Source: the human T2T-CHM13v2.0 reference genome, Homo sapiens. Taken from it: a DNA stretch of 64,000 nucleotides. A program made the position numbers and the translations under genes. The notes under the pieces are model-generated. The model was given only the letters and a program-made list of their open reading frames with translations. It was not told where the DNA came from and did not search any database. The stretch lies in NCBI RefSeq assembly GCF_009914755.1, contig NC_060935.1. One strand, given 5' to 3'. Positions 51,018 through 64,000 of the stretch are shown in pieces; the stretch's first letter is position 1, and each line of letters begins with the position of its first letter.

Positions 51018-54000
51018 TTTTTTTATTGTGGTAGAAACACTTAACATGAATATTGCTTATTGACAAATTTTTAAACATACAGTACAGTATTATTAACTAT
51101 AGATAGACACATTGTGGTACAGAAGATCTCTGGAATTTATTCATCTCACATCAATAAAACTTTATACCCACTGGACAGCAACTTCCATTTCTCCCTTTTC
51201 CCAGCTCCTACTACTTCTACTTTCTTTTTTTGAGTTTAAATATTTTAGATAAATAAGTGGAATCCTTCTGTGACTAGCTCATTTTAGTTAGCAAAATGTC
51301 CTCCATATTCTTCCACATTTTTACATATGGCAGTCTTTCATTCTTTTTAAAGGCTGAATAATATTCCATTGTGTAGATATACCACATTTAAAAAAATTCA
51401 TTCATCTGTTGATGGGTCTTTGGGTGGTTTCCATATTTTGGTGTCTATTGTAAAGAATGCTGCTATAAATGTGGGAGAGTAGATTTCTCTTCAGGATCCT
51501 TATTTCAGTAATTTTGGGTGTATACTAAGAGAGGTGATTGCTAGATTATATGCTAGTTCTATTTTTAACTTTTTAAGAAACCTCTGTACTATTTTACATA
51601 GTGGCTGTACCATTTTACATTCCCATTAACATTGTGAAAGGCATCCAATTTCTCCACACTTCCAGGTTTCTCAACACCATTCGTTGAAGAAACTATTTTC
51701 TCCATTTTGTTTTCTTGGCACTCTTGCGCAGGAGCATTTAACCAACTGTGTGTGGATTTATTTCTGTGCTCTCCATTCTGTTCAATTTTTCTATATATCT
51801 GTTCTTCTGCCATATGATTGCTTTCATTACGGTAGATTTGGAAATCAAGAACTATGATCCCTTCAGCTTTGCTCTTGGCTATTCAATGTATTTTGTGGGT
51901 CCATATAAATGTTAGGGTTTTTTTTCTCTTTTTCTGTAAAAATGCCAATGAGATTTTGATAAGGATAGCATTAAATCTGTGGGTTGCTTTGGGTAATATG
52001 GATATTTTAATAATATTGTTTCCCAGTTTATGAATATGGAATTTCTTTCTGTCACAGTGGGTAGCTAGTCATTTATGAACATGGCAGGAGAGGGCTCCCT
52101 CCCTCCTACACAAACCAGGAGTGTTGGGTGACCATCAGGTGATGGTCAGGCAGTTGTTAACTGTCTAGCTAAAGTAATAATTGGTCACAGCTGGCACCAG
52201 GGAAAGTCCCGCTGTTAAAAGAAAACACCTGAAACTGGTTATCAGTGATAGCCAATAAAATCTCAGGAGTTGGGCTTACAGGGAGAAAAAGCAAAACCTC
52301 AGAGGTATGCCAACATTTAAAACCCCAAGTCAAAGCGTCAAGCTGCATACTAGATTTCTCAAGTCGCCTGCTTGGCCATCTTTCAAGTTTAGTTTATTTC
52401 CTTTCATTCCTGCTCTAAAGCTTTTTAATAAACTTTCATTCCTGCTCTAAAACTTGCTCCTCTCTCTGCTTCTGCATTATGCCCCTCAGTTGGATTCTTC
52501 TTTCAGAGGGGAAAAAATGGCGGTTGCTGCTGACTCATACGGATGTGGACTCAGTGCAGGTAACATTTCCATATATTTTTGTCGTCTCTAATTTCTTTCA
52601 TCAATGCTTTATAGTTTTCATTGTGCATGCTTTTCATCCCCTTGGTTAATCTTACTCTTAATTATTTTATAATTTTGTATGTGAGTTTCATATGCCGCTA
52701 CTTTACTGAATTTGCTTACTTTAGTTTTAACGGTGTTTTGTGGAGTATTTAGGGTTTTCCACATACAAGGTTATGTCATCTGCAGAGGGAAGTGATTATA
52801 TATCTTTTTCTAATTTGTTTGGTTTTTATTCCTTTTGTTTTTTCTTAACTCCTCTTTATGGGAAGGAATTCCAGTATTATGTTGCATAAAAATGACAAGA
52901 GTTAGCATCCTTGGTTTTTTTCCTGAACTTAGAGGAAAAGTTTTTAATTTTTCAATCTTATGAATAATGTTAGCTGTGAGTTTTTTATATATGGTCTGTA
53001 GTATTTCGAGGTAAATTTTTTCTGTATCAAGTTCATTGAGATTGTTAACATGGAGTGTTGCATCATTGAGACTTGTTAACATGAAAGAGTGTTGCATTTT
53101 GTCAAATGTTTTTTCAGCATTTATTGAGATAATCATGTGACTATCCTTTATCAACATGGTGTATTACATTAGTTAATTTGCATATGTTGTGTCATTTTTG
53201 TATATCAGGGAAAAATCCCACTTTGTCATTGTATATGATCCTTTTCATTTGTCGCTAAATTGGTTTACTAGAACTCTCTTAAGGATTTTTTATCCACATT
53301 TATCAGGGTTATTAGATTGTGCTTTTCTTCTCTTGTAGTGTATTTGTCTGGCTTTGGTAACACTGGACTCAGAAAATTAGTTTGAAAGTTTTCCCTCTTG
53401 TTCAGTCTTTTGGAAGAGTTTGAGAATAATTGGTGTTAATTAGCCTTTAAGTATTTAGCAGACTATGCCAGTGGAACCATCTTGTCCTGGGTTTTGTTTT
53501 GTTGAGAGGCTTTAATTACTGATTTAATCCCTTTACTCATTATTTGTCCATTCCGATTTTCTATTTCCTTATGATCAGTCTTGGTAGGTTTTTTGTTTCT
53601 GGGAATTTATTCATTTTTTCTAGATTATTCAATTTGTTGGCATATGATTGTTCATAGTAGTCTCTTATGGTCTTTTTAATTTCTGTGGAATCAGTTGTCT
53701 CCTCTTTCGTTGTTGATCTTATTTATTTGAATCATCCCTCTCCCTTTTTAAATTCTAAATTTTTTTATACTGTTTTTCTATTATCTATTTCATTTATTTC
53801 TACTGTAATATATATATTACTTTCCTTTCACTGATTTTGACCTGAGTTTGTTCCCCCTTTTTCAGTTCCTTCAGGTAAAACATTAAGTTGTTTTTTTGAA
53901 ATGTTTCTTTTTAAATGTAGGAATTTATTGCTATAAATGTGTCTCTTAATCCTACTTTTGCTGCATTCTACAAATTCAGCTATGCTGTCTCCATGTATTT

Positions 54001-54366
54001 TCTGATTGCCATTTTTATTTCCAGTTTGACCCTCTGGTTACTCAAGAGTGTGTTGTTAAGTGCCCACATATTTTTAATTTTCTATTTTTCTTTCTGTTAT
54101 TGACTTTTAGTTTCATTTTATTGTGGTTGGAAAACATACTTTGTATATGATTAATCTTATTATATTTGGTAATACTTGCTTTATGATCTAACATGTGATC
54201 TATCCTGGAGAATATTCTGTGTGTGCTTGTGAAAAACATGTATTCTGCTGCTGTTGGGGGAATGTTCCATGTATGCCTGTTTGGTCCATTTGGTCTATAG
54301 TGTGGTTCAAGTCTGCTGCCTAAATTTTTTGTGTTGGGATGTCTATTCATTATTTAAAGTGGAGTT
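51018..54366 (-). mobile_element. L1MA8/9-like LINE-1 (3' UTR plus decayed ORF2), interrupted by MER50 and ending at LTR18A
   Basis: gtggtagaaacacttaacatga...agatctctggaatttattcatct 3' end; ORF2-like fragments 52810-53157 and 54042-54350. Confidence 0.8.
52050..52565 (+). mobile_element. MER50 ERV1 solo LTR (probably internally deleted)
   Basis: gtagctagtc..ggcaggagagggctccc...gaccatcaggtgatggtcagg...ggtaaca; 4-bp TSD TTTC. Confidence 0.85.
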
Positions 54367-54705
54367 TGTTAGGTTCTAACTGAGGTCCCAGGAGAGTCAG
54401 TGGGTGAGTGGTGGGTAGCTGAAGAAACACTTGAAGAATAGTTGACAGTTTTGACATGGCTTTACTCTTTGTCTGGGTGCAAGTAAACCATATGTGTAGT
54501 GTTAGCAGAGTAATTATATCTTTTACAGACAATTAGTGGCCCTGAGCCAAGCACAAGCTCACACGGATGATCACCTAATGTGCCTCATGTTGCATACTTA
54601 CATAATGTGTGGGGATGTGTGCCTGCACTCCAAACCTGCTGAGTTGTCTTGTACCAGAAAGCTGCCTCGACCTGCTCCTGATAAAGCATAGCCATTTCCC
54701 TTACA
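54367..54705 (-). mobile_element. LTR18A, 3' LTR of HERV-S/HERVL18
   Basis: Reverse strand reads tgtaagggaaatggct...ggacctcagttagaacctaaca; PPT agggggtggag directly upstream. Confidence 0.85.
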
Positions 54706-54719
54706 CTCCACCCCCTAGG

Positions 54720-55920
54720 CCAACGGTGTCCTCTGGGCAGGGACATGTGCTCATAGGGCAGAGCCCTGAATCCATTACCCACAACAACAACACAGACAGC
54801 AACAGCTCACTGCTAGGATCCCAGCTATGGTACCTATGACTATTAGGGCCCAGCATAGGCCAGAGCCTATGGCTGCCCACCATTTCTGCAGGGGGTCATC
54901 AGTAAGGCTCTCAAATGCCTTACTCTCCCACGACACCCATTGCAGAGCTGTTGTTGTGTTCTGCCAGTTATCAGGGATAAAACTGTAACATTGTGTTCCT
55001 AAAAGGGTACAAGTGCCCCCTTGGGCAGCAGTTATTATGCCTAAGGCCATTCAGTTTTGCTACACCACATTTCTGATCTGATCAAACCTCATCTGTTAAC
55101 AGGACAAAGGCCACTTGGGTGTATTTCAGAGCCTGGGTGGTGTACCCTATAAGAGCAGTGACTTGTGTTTCTACAGTTATGATGCTTGCTCCAGGGGTAG
55201 TCATTGCCAAGGGGTAGAACCACCAGGGTGCTCATCGCACTTGCAAAACCAAGAGCATACCACCTCCCAGTTATGCGGGCATCTGGGCAACATGGGGATA
55301 ACAGTGGCAGGTACATAAGGCCACCCCCAGGTACAACATCCAGTCCAGTCTGCTGGTAGGTAAGGCCACCCTGTGTCCCCACAAACCCATAAACTCCCAG
55401 GGGGCACAAACTCCACTGGGGCCCAATCTTGGTGAGGCTACTTATTCCACCATACCTTTGGTGTGGTGACATGTGTTATGTTTACACAGTCCATGATGGG
55501 TACCCATCCTACAGTGGTGTTACCCCAGTGTTTCTCTATTCACCCTGGTGCCTTGGCTGGGGGTGCTACATGCTCCCCCACTCACCAGCCTCACCCATTA
55601 TAAACACTATGGGCCAGCCACAGGGTGGGCATGCCATGAATCTTGCAACGTCTTTTGTCCAAAGCTTGCTGCATTGCATTCCATGTGTTGGCCATGGGAT
55701 TGCAGATCACCAGCCATGTCCAGTTCTCTGCAAATGCTGAATGTATGTGCCAAGGCAAGCCGTCTGCAGCTGCTGCTGGAAGGGCGGTGCAGATCCAACA
55801 GGTGGAAACATTGGTCACCTAAGCGTAGGTGTGGGTCCAGTCCAAAATGCAGTTGGAGCATGTTAAACTATGATTGAAATGACAGAGCAGGCATAGGTAC
55901 TAACAAGTAAATCATGTCCC
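54720..55920 (-). pseudogene. env: HERV-S env, disrupted
   Basis: SU CWIC motif (NVSTCWICTALP); TM *QN*MALGIITAAQGGTCTLLGTQCY (decayed immunosuppressive domain and CX6CC); hydrophobic anchor; stops and frameshifts. Confidence 0.82.
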
Positions 55921-55989
55921 TCAGGCAAAATACAGGTTAACCTTTCATCCTGGATAAGAATGCACCTGCCAAAGGCTTTTGCCTCGTCA

Positions 55990-58699
55990 ATGATACCACA
56001 CCTTCTCAGCTCCCCACGGTCCCTTTGAGTCCTGTATCCATGCCAAAGTCATGGGGGAGCTCCTAATAGGCCACACAGACAGTATATATGTCCCCTAGAG
56101 GAGGGGTCCTTCCCTGGCCATTCCCCTACAAACAGTAAAGTGTGGGGGCCATGTAATGAACACCCAAAGAGTGACATGAAGTCATACTGTAGGCCCTTCT
56201 CCCAGGGAGCTATGATGGCCAGCCGCCAGCAGTGGGGGGCTTGAAGGGTCCATGGCCACATCCAAATTTTCTGTTCCCTTGCCTTCACGGGTGTTTGGGC
56301 AGGCAAAAACAGGTTACCATTCATCCCCATACCTGGTTGGAGGAGGTCATCCTTGGTATGTATCTGCAACTGAATGGGGGCAGCAGCCCGGTGTAACAAA
56401 GCCTCTACTGGGGCCCCTTTCCGTGGCCATTCATTCAAGGTTTGGAGCACCTGGAACTCCAGCCCTGCAAAGATGGGATGTGACATGCAACCATAATCCA
56501 TTATTTAAGAGCCCATTATATCGCTCAATCATACCCACAGCTTGCGGGTTGTATGGCACATGGAATCCCCACTTTATGTCCATTTGTTGTGCCCATTGTT
56601 GTACGTGTTGTCCAGTGAAATGTGTTCCCTTATCCCTCTCAATGGCCAGAGGGTGACCACACAGGGCACATAAGTGTTGCAGGGCCAGGATGGTGTTCTG
56701 TTGGCCACCCTGCAAGGGAATGTGAACAACAGGCCTGTGGCTATGTCCACAGCTGTTAGCACATGCGTATACCCTTGTGACTTTGGGAGTGGCCTGATGT
56801 AGTCTACTTGTCACCTGGTCAAGGGCACGACCTATCATTACTTGTTGTATAACACTGGGAAGCTGCCTCCATTTATGGTATGCCTGAGGACATGCTGGGC
56901 ATTTCTGACAAGCCTCCCAAATGTCTTAGGTGGGCAGGGACAGACCCCAACACTTACTGACCTGTTGCATCAGCTTACCCCCCGGCATGTCCCAGTTTCT
57001 GGTGTAGCCACAAGGCCACATCTTGTGTAGTGCCAACTCTAATCATCAGACCTTGGCCAAGGCATCTGCCTTATCATTGGCAGGGATGGCCAAAGGCATA
57101 TGGTCTGACACATGGTAAATACTTACCTCTTTGTGATGAGCCTTTTCCCAGAGGTCTTGTCACATGACTTGGCCCCAAATGAGTCGGTGGCTGAGAAGCC
57201 GCTTCTGTATGTTCCAGGTAGTTAACCACAAGGTTGAGCCTCGATAGCCCAGCTAGTGGTACAGATTACCATAGGTATCATCTTGGTGATCACTATCCAT
57301 ACTGCTCTAAGTTCAGACCATTGGCTACTTTGTCCACACCCAGTTTCAAACCACATGGTATCAGTACTAGGTTGGACTATAACAGTGGTCCAGGCAGCAA
57401 TAGCACCTCAGCTAGACCCATCTGTGTACCACATCCCATCGGGATTGGGTGAATGCCCTTCTTTAAACAGTGAAGGCTCAGGGTCTAGGGGTGCCTCAGG
57501 CCCCACGGCCTTATTTTGCATTAGGATTACAGGCCCCAACTCTGCTGCTAAGGGGCTTGTACTCAGCATACTCTGCTGCTTCAAGTAGGCACCCCACTTT
57601 ACCAACATGGATGCCTGCACCATCCCAGTCCGGGAGGTTGTTACCCATGAATGCACCCATCCCACTACTGGGTAAGTCATCCACATGAAGACTGCAGCCC
57701 ATCCTGTCACACTGTCACAAGGCTGAAGGGCAGCATGTGCAACTGCAAGCTGTTTCTCTGTCAAGGAATACTGGAGCTCAGCTCCCTTCCCTAGTTGGGA
57801 CCAAATGCCCACTGATGTTCTCAAGTACTCTGTGTGCTGCCGCAGGCCCCAACCAAAACCATCTGTAGTCACATGCAGATCCAGCTCAAACAGGTCCCCC
57901 TGGTCAATTACCCATAGGGCTTGTGCCTGTTGAATAACCTGCTTGGCTGCCAGAAAGGCTGTCTCAGCCACATCATCCTAATCCCAGGTAGCTCCCTACT
58001 TTTTAACCAATGCAATGGTTTTATCATTTGAGCTAAATGGGGAACAAATGCCCGCCAATATCCCAGGAGGCCCACAGAGTTTGTAACTGCTTCACCATAG
58101 TGGGCTGGAGATATGCCTGAACTTTATCAGTGATAGCCTCTGGGATGGCCTTTGTCTTACCTGACCAAATAACTCCCAAGAATTTGGCAGATAATACGGC
58201 CTTTTGACCTTGGATTTGTTGATGCCCCAACTGCATGCTGCCAAATGTTGCCGCAAGAGGGGCAATGCCACTTCTAAATCTGCAAGAGAATCAGAGGCAT
58301 ACATAATATCATCAATATAATGAAATAGGCAGACTCCTCCTGGACATTGCCAGGGGGCTAAATCTGTGGCAACTAGACCATGACATATGGTGGGGCTGTG
58401 CACATAATCCTGCGGCAACACTGTAAAAGTCCATTGTCACCCGTCCCATGTGAAGGCAAACTGTTCCTGGCTCTCTGGAGCAATGACTATGGAGAAAAAT
58501 GCATTGGCCAAGTCGACTACCTGGTGGTACTCCCAGTTCCATCATCAAATAGTTCATCAAATCCATGATTTATGGTACAGCTGCATGCAAATAGGATGTT
58601 ACTTTATTCAGTTCCTGATAGTTCACCATCATCTGCCAAGTTCCATCAGGCTTTCTAACTGGCCACACTGGAGGATTGTAGGGACTGTGGGTCCTATGC
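55990..58699 (-). pseudogene. pol: HERV-S pol (RT, RNase H, integrase), disrupted and 5'-truncated
   Basis: SPYNPPVWPVRKPDGTW, LPQDYVHSP and YIDD (RT); WYTDGSS (RNase H); DKGTHF...PYNPQAVGMIERYNG (integrase). Confidence 0.9.
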
Positions 58700-58969
58700 T
58701 TTCTCCAAATCTTGTAGAACTGTGCTGACCACAGCAAACTATTTGCTCCTTTCCTTTTCTCTTAGCGGCCTCCAAGCATTCAAACTATGCTGGTTCCATC
58801 AGCATTGTAGGTAAGATAAGACAAAAACGAGTCCCTTGGGCAGTACACCAAACAGCTGGGGACATTGGGTACATGCACCACTCTCTCCTGTGGGCTAAGT
58901 AGAAGCCATGGGCTGAGATGATCTCTGTAGGTGCTAAGCTGTGCCAGATTGAAGAAGGAGCTGATGTGA

Positions 58970-59282
<313 letters not shown>

Positions 59283-59949
59283 GCTTATTCTTATTTAATA
59301 GGCTGCTCCTGATTTTGTGCTCATTTGGCATACAACTTTTTAACTGGGATCAATTTCTGATAAAATTATTTTGATCTACATATTATTGTTAAACTGGTGT
59401 TTCTGTGGAAAAGCAAGAGCGGGTTCCTCTTCTATTTTGTTGGCTGTCAGTCCTAGATGACTTCTGATACTTCCGGACAAGTCACAGATTCTTTGATCTA
59501 CAACAGATGCAAATATGTTAGCAGTCTACACTGAGTCACCTCTCTTTTAGCTGCCTATATATTTTCTACTTAGAATTTGAGGTACTCTAAAAATTTACAA
59601 ATTTGAGATTTGTTGTGCTCTTGATTTAAAGTAGAGGTGAAGAGTTACATATTTCACATGAAGTTTGCATCAGATTACTTTATCTGAGCCACCCTTATTC
59701 TATCAGCTTTGCTGTTGTAAAATTGTTTTTTGTTTGTTTTGTTTTGTTTTGTTTTTTTAGAAAAAGATAATTGGAAAGAGGAATAAAAGGTATCAGCGCA
59801 TGGAGTTATTTGCAGGCAAGGGGCTGAGATGAGCAATACTCTTGAATATAGCCTACTAAAGAAAAGCCATAAAGAAGAACTTAGAAGAAGAATAAAGTAT
59901 AACCTAAAAGTTTACTGATCTGAGTAAGGATCAAAGAGGTGAAATGGCT

Positions 59950-60220
59950 CCCTGAACTACAATCTCCCTGATGATTGAGACTGCCTTGGAATTGTTCATT
60001 CATATATTCCCGGCAATTAGGACAACAGCTAGCAGGTAGTTGATCATCAAAACATATTTAATAAATGTTCACCAGCTTTTACAATACTAAGTTTAAGTGC
60101 CAGGGAGAACCAATGTCTCTGATTCTAAATCTAGAGCTTTATTTTATTTATCATTTGCACATTGTTTTAGCTCCACAGCTTGCAACACTAAATATCTAGT
60201 GAATGAATGAATGAACAAAT
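59950..60220 (+). mobile_element. Possible L2 3'-end fragments
   Basis: ttgttcatt..tattccc...aataaatg and taaatatctagtgaatgaatgaatgaa, typical L2 tails. Confidence 0.4.
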
Positions 60221-61324
60221 AAGTTCACTAGTAAATATTCCATTCTGTTTTTCTGACTATTCCATGGCGCAGGCAGAAGAAAGACGAGATAATAAAACAG
60301 AAAAAAGGAGACAGCCATCTCTGTTCCTTTCCTGCCTCCTCATCTCTTTCTCTGCCTCCACTCACCCCAACACCCACACACAGTTCAAGCCCAATCCAAA
60401 AAATTCTAAATCAGAGCATGCTGTGCAGGAACAACAGTGAAGCATTTGGCCTTGGTATTTTTATTTTAGTATGCGTACTTGCGAAGGACAAAAGAAAGGT
60501 CGGAAAGCAAACAATGCAGGAAGCAGTTGAAAAAAAAATAATTACAGGGGAAAGCAGAGCTCTCTCTGACAGTAGTGAATAAGGATGAACAAATGCTGAG
60601 CAGCTGTTGTCAAGGGGATTCATTTGAACCACAACTTGGAGGAGGGTACCAAAGCTGTTTTGTTGCTTAACACATTAAACATGCACAGAAAGGGATGAGA
60701 GTAAATCATGCCTCATTGCAGGAGTCCTATAATGTGCCATCAGGTGCTGCCTGAGTCAGACAAACTCTGAAAACCACCCAGAAAATGATGCAGGAAGTTA
60801 AAGAAATTCAATGATTCCTGTTCTTGATTGGGTGGGAAAACTTCACTACAGGAACAGGTTTTTAGCCAAAACGCATCTATGTGGGAGTTCTGTGCAACAC
60901 GATCTTGCAAAGGAGTAAAAAAACTAGAAAAGAAAAGGACAGCCCTTGGAGAGGAGCAGACTAATTCAGAACAAAGATAAGGCTGTTTCAACCTCAAGCA
61001 CTGAGCTGCTGGAAAGTACAGATTTTCTCCCAGGAATAGCCTGTCCCTCTCTCCGTCTGCAAAATGTTCAGTCTCCAGCAGGTTCTCAGTCCACTGTAGT
61101 GGTTCACTAACTGTTTGAAGCTCTACTATAAAAGACTATATTTTTTTCAAAACAGGTGAGAATAGGAAATTTAGAAACTCCAAGCCTAGTTTCTCTCCCT
61201 CTCTCTCATTTTTAATAAACTCTGGCTGCCCTTGTTTTGCCATAGCTTCACCTTTTATTTAAATAATATAACTTTTACTCTTTTCTTATTACTGAAACAA
61301 TGCATATTCATAGAAAGGCAAAAT

Positions 61325-61565
61325 AGAGTAGTGCCAGAAGCCAGTCTGCCTAAATTACTACTTCCACTATTGTACTTAATGCCTAGGTGACCTTGAGCAT
61401 ATAATTTAATCTTTCTTGACCTCAGTTTCTTCAGCAGTGAAGTAAGGATATTAATAATATCTAACTCATCATATTGCATGAGAATTAAATTACTCAATTT
61501 ATAAAAAGAATTTATAATAGTGCACTGGCACATGATAAATGCTATTTAAGTGTCAGTAATTATTG
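61325..61565 (+). mobile_element. MIR
   Basis: gtgaccttgagca...cctcagtttcttca...ctggcacatgataaatgct. Confidence 0.7.
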
Positions 61566-62278
61566 CATAAAATACAAAAGACTATAATAATATTAATGTC
61601 ATAATATACATATATAGAAAATAAAAATTATCCTTGATCCTATTCTAACCAGTGATAGTCATTGTAAGATTGTAGTATGTTGCATTTTGTACATTGTGTA
61701 AGTACCTTCTTCCAGTGTCAACACCACAAATACTATCGATTATAAAGACCATAACACAAAGATTATATATTTGATACCAAATTTAGATGTTATATCATTA
61801 ATCTTATTTGTTATATAAACCCTATTAAGTTAGAAACACTATTATCTCAGTTTTGCAAATAAATTAAACATTATAGTATCTGGTAGGCAGAATTCTAAAA
61901 TAATCCTCAATAACTCATACCATCTTCATAATTCCGTTCTCTTAAATGTAGAAAGAAATATGAGATTTCTGTAATTAGGTTACTTTAGATAGCAAAGGCA
62001 AAGGGATCTTGTGAGTATAACCAATAATCCCAATCAGTTTTTTCTGAGTTAGTCAAAAGGAAGGATATGCTGGATAGGCCTAACATATGCAGTAAAGACA
62101 TCGTCCTTTGGCCTTGGAGAAACAAAGTAACATAATATAGAGCGGGCCCATTGGCAGGGAATGATGGGTAGCCTCTAGGAGCTGAAGGTCTCACTCCTAC
62201 AATTGCAAGAAACTGAATTCTGCCAACCACCAAGGAGGTTGAAGGAGGACCTCAAGCTTCACATAAATACACAGGCTG

Positions 62279-62684
<406 letters not shown>

Positions 62685-62702
62685 CTAAAGATGTTAATTT
62701 AT

Positions 62703-63106
<404 letters not shown>

Positions 63107-63195
63107 TCAGAAGCTATACTATAGGCTTTCCTTTAGACAGATAAAATGTAGATTTTTAAAATTGTCTCATCAATTTGGTTTGGGTTTTATTCCAC

Positions 63196-63198
<3 letters not shown>

Positions 63199-63256
<58 letters not shown>
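63199..63256. repeat. Perfect (AT)29 microsatellite
   Basis: Seen directly in the sequence. Confidence 0.95.
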
Positions 63257-63258
<2 letters not shown>

Positions 63259-63333
63259 GCTTCTTCTATAGTAAGCCAGTAGCCTAATGTTAGCTATTTA
63301 GCTTGTCTGACCTTTAGAAAAGCTGGTACAATA

Positions 63334-63694
<361 letters not shown>

Positions 63695-64000
63695 TCAAAC
63701 TAAGTATTACCTTGTATTTTCTTAGAAAATTATATAGGATCTAATTCACACAAATAGAAAGGCTGAATTAAAAAGCATGTGCATTTTTGAAACATATTCC
63801 TATTCCTAAAAACATTGATATGACTGACAGCCCCCTGGGATCCACATGAGTATCGAGTTCATTTCCTGTCTAGAATATATTAGGTACTAAAATACATAGA
63901 AAGTTCTAAAAATTGTAAGAAAATAATTTTATAAGATTCAGGACATGTAACTATGATAAACTCTGCATCTATACACAAAAATTCTTTAAAACCTTTCTAT

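Noticed and set aside
52400-52452. Direct repeat ctttcattcctgctctaaa x2
   Set aside because: Appears to be an intrinsic feature of the MER50 LTR
53033-53096. Imperfect ~30-bp tandem duplication
   Set aside because: Old slippage event inside a decayed L1; no functional indication

Overview
Primate (most likely human, given a full-diagnostic AluYa5) non-coding genomic DNA, intergenic or deep intronic. I find no credible cellular protein-coding gene, tRNA/rRNA gene or CRISPR array. The supplied ORFs with recognisable homology are Alu, L1 or LTR read-throughs or broken retroviral/L1 genes; the rest look like chance ORFs. More than half of the window is retroelement-derived: about 26 Alus (J, S, Y, one Ya5), several L1s (three L1PA copies, all with 5' inversions of the twin-priming type), two solo LTR12 (HERV9) promoters facing each other about 19 kb apart, a 5'-truncated HERV-S/HERVL18 provirus (RT-RNaseH-IN-env-LTR18A), a deleted ERV1 remnant abutted by a THE1 MaLR, and MST/MLT/MER50/MER57/MER31-like LTRs, MIRs and microsatellites. 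Repeat-poor AT-rich stretches (about 17.9-21.8, 35.2-41.1 and 59.3-61.3 kb) may hold regulatory elements or lncRNA exons. The most interesting signals are structural and evolutionary: nested insertions, a probable Alu-mediated deletion scar, a template-switch hairpin, a possible L1 3' transduction and the convergent LTR12 pair. I cannot support a novel multi-gene system here. Subfamily names come from recalled consensus motifs, not a database search.
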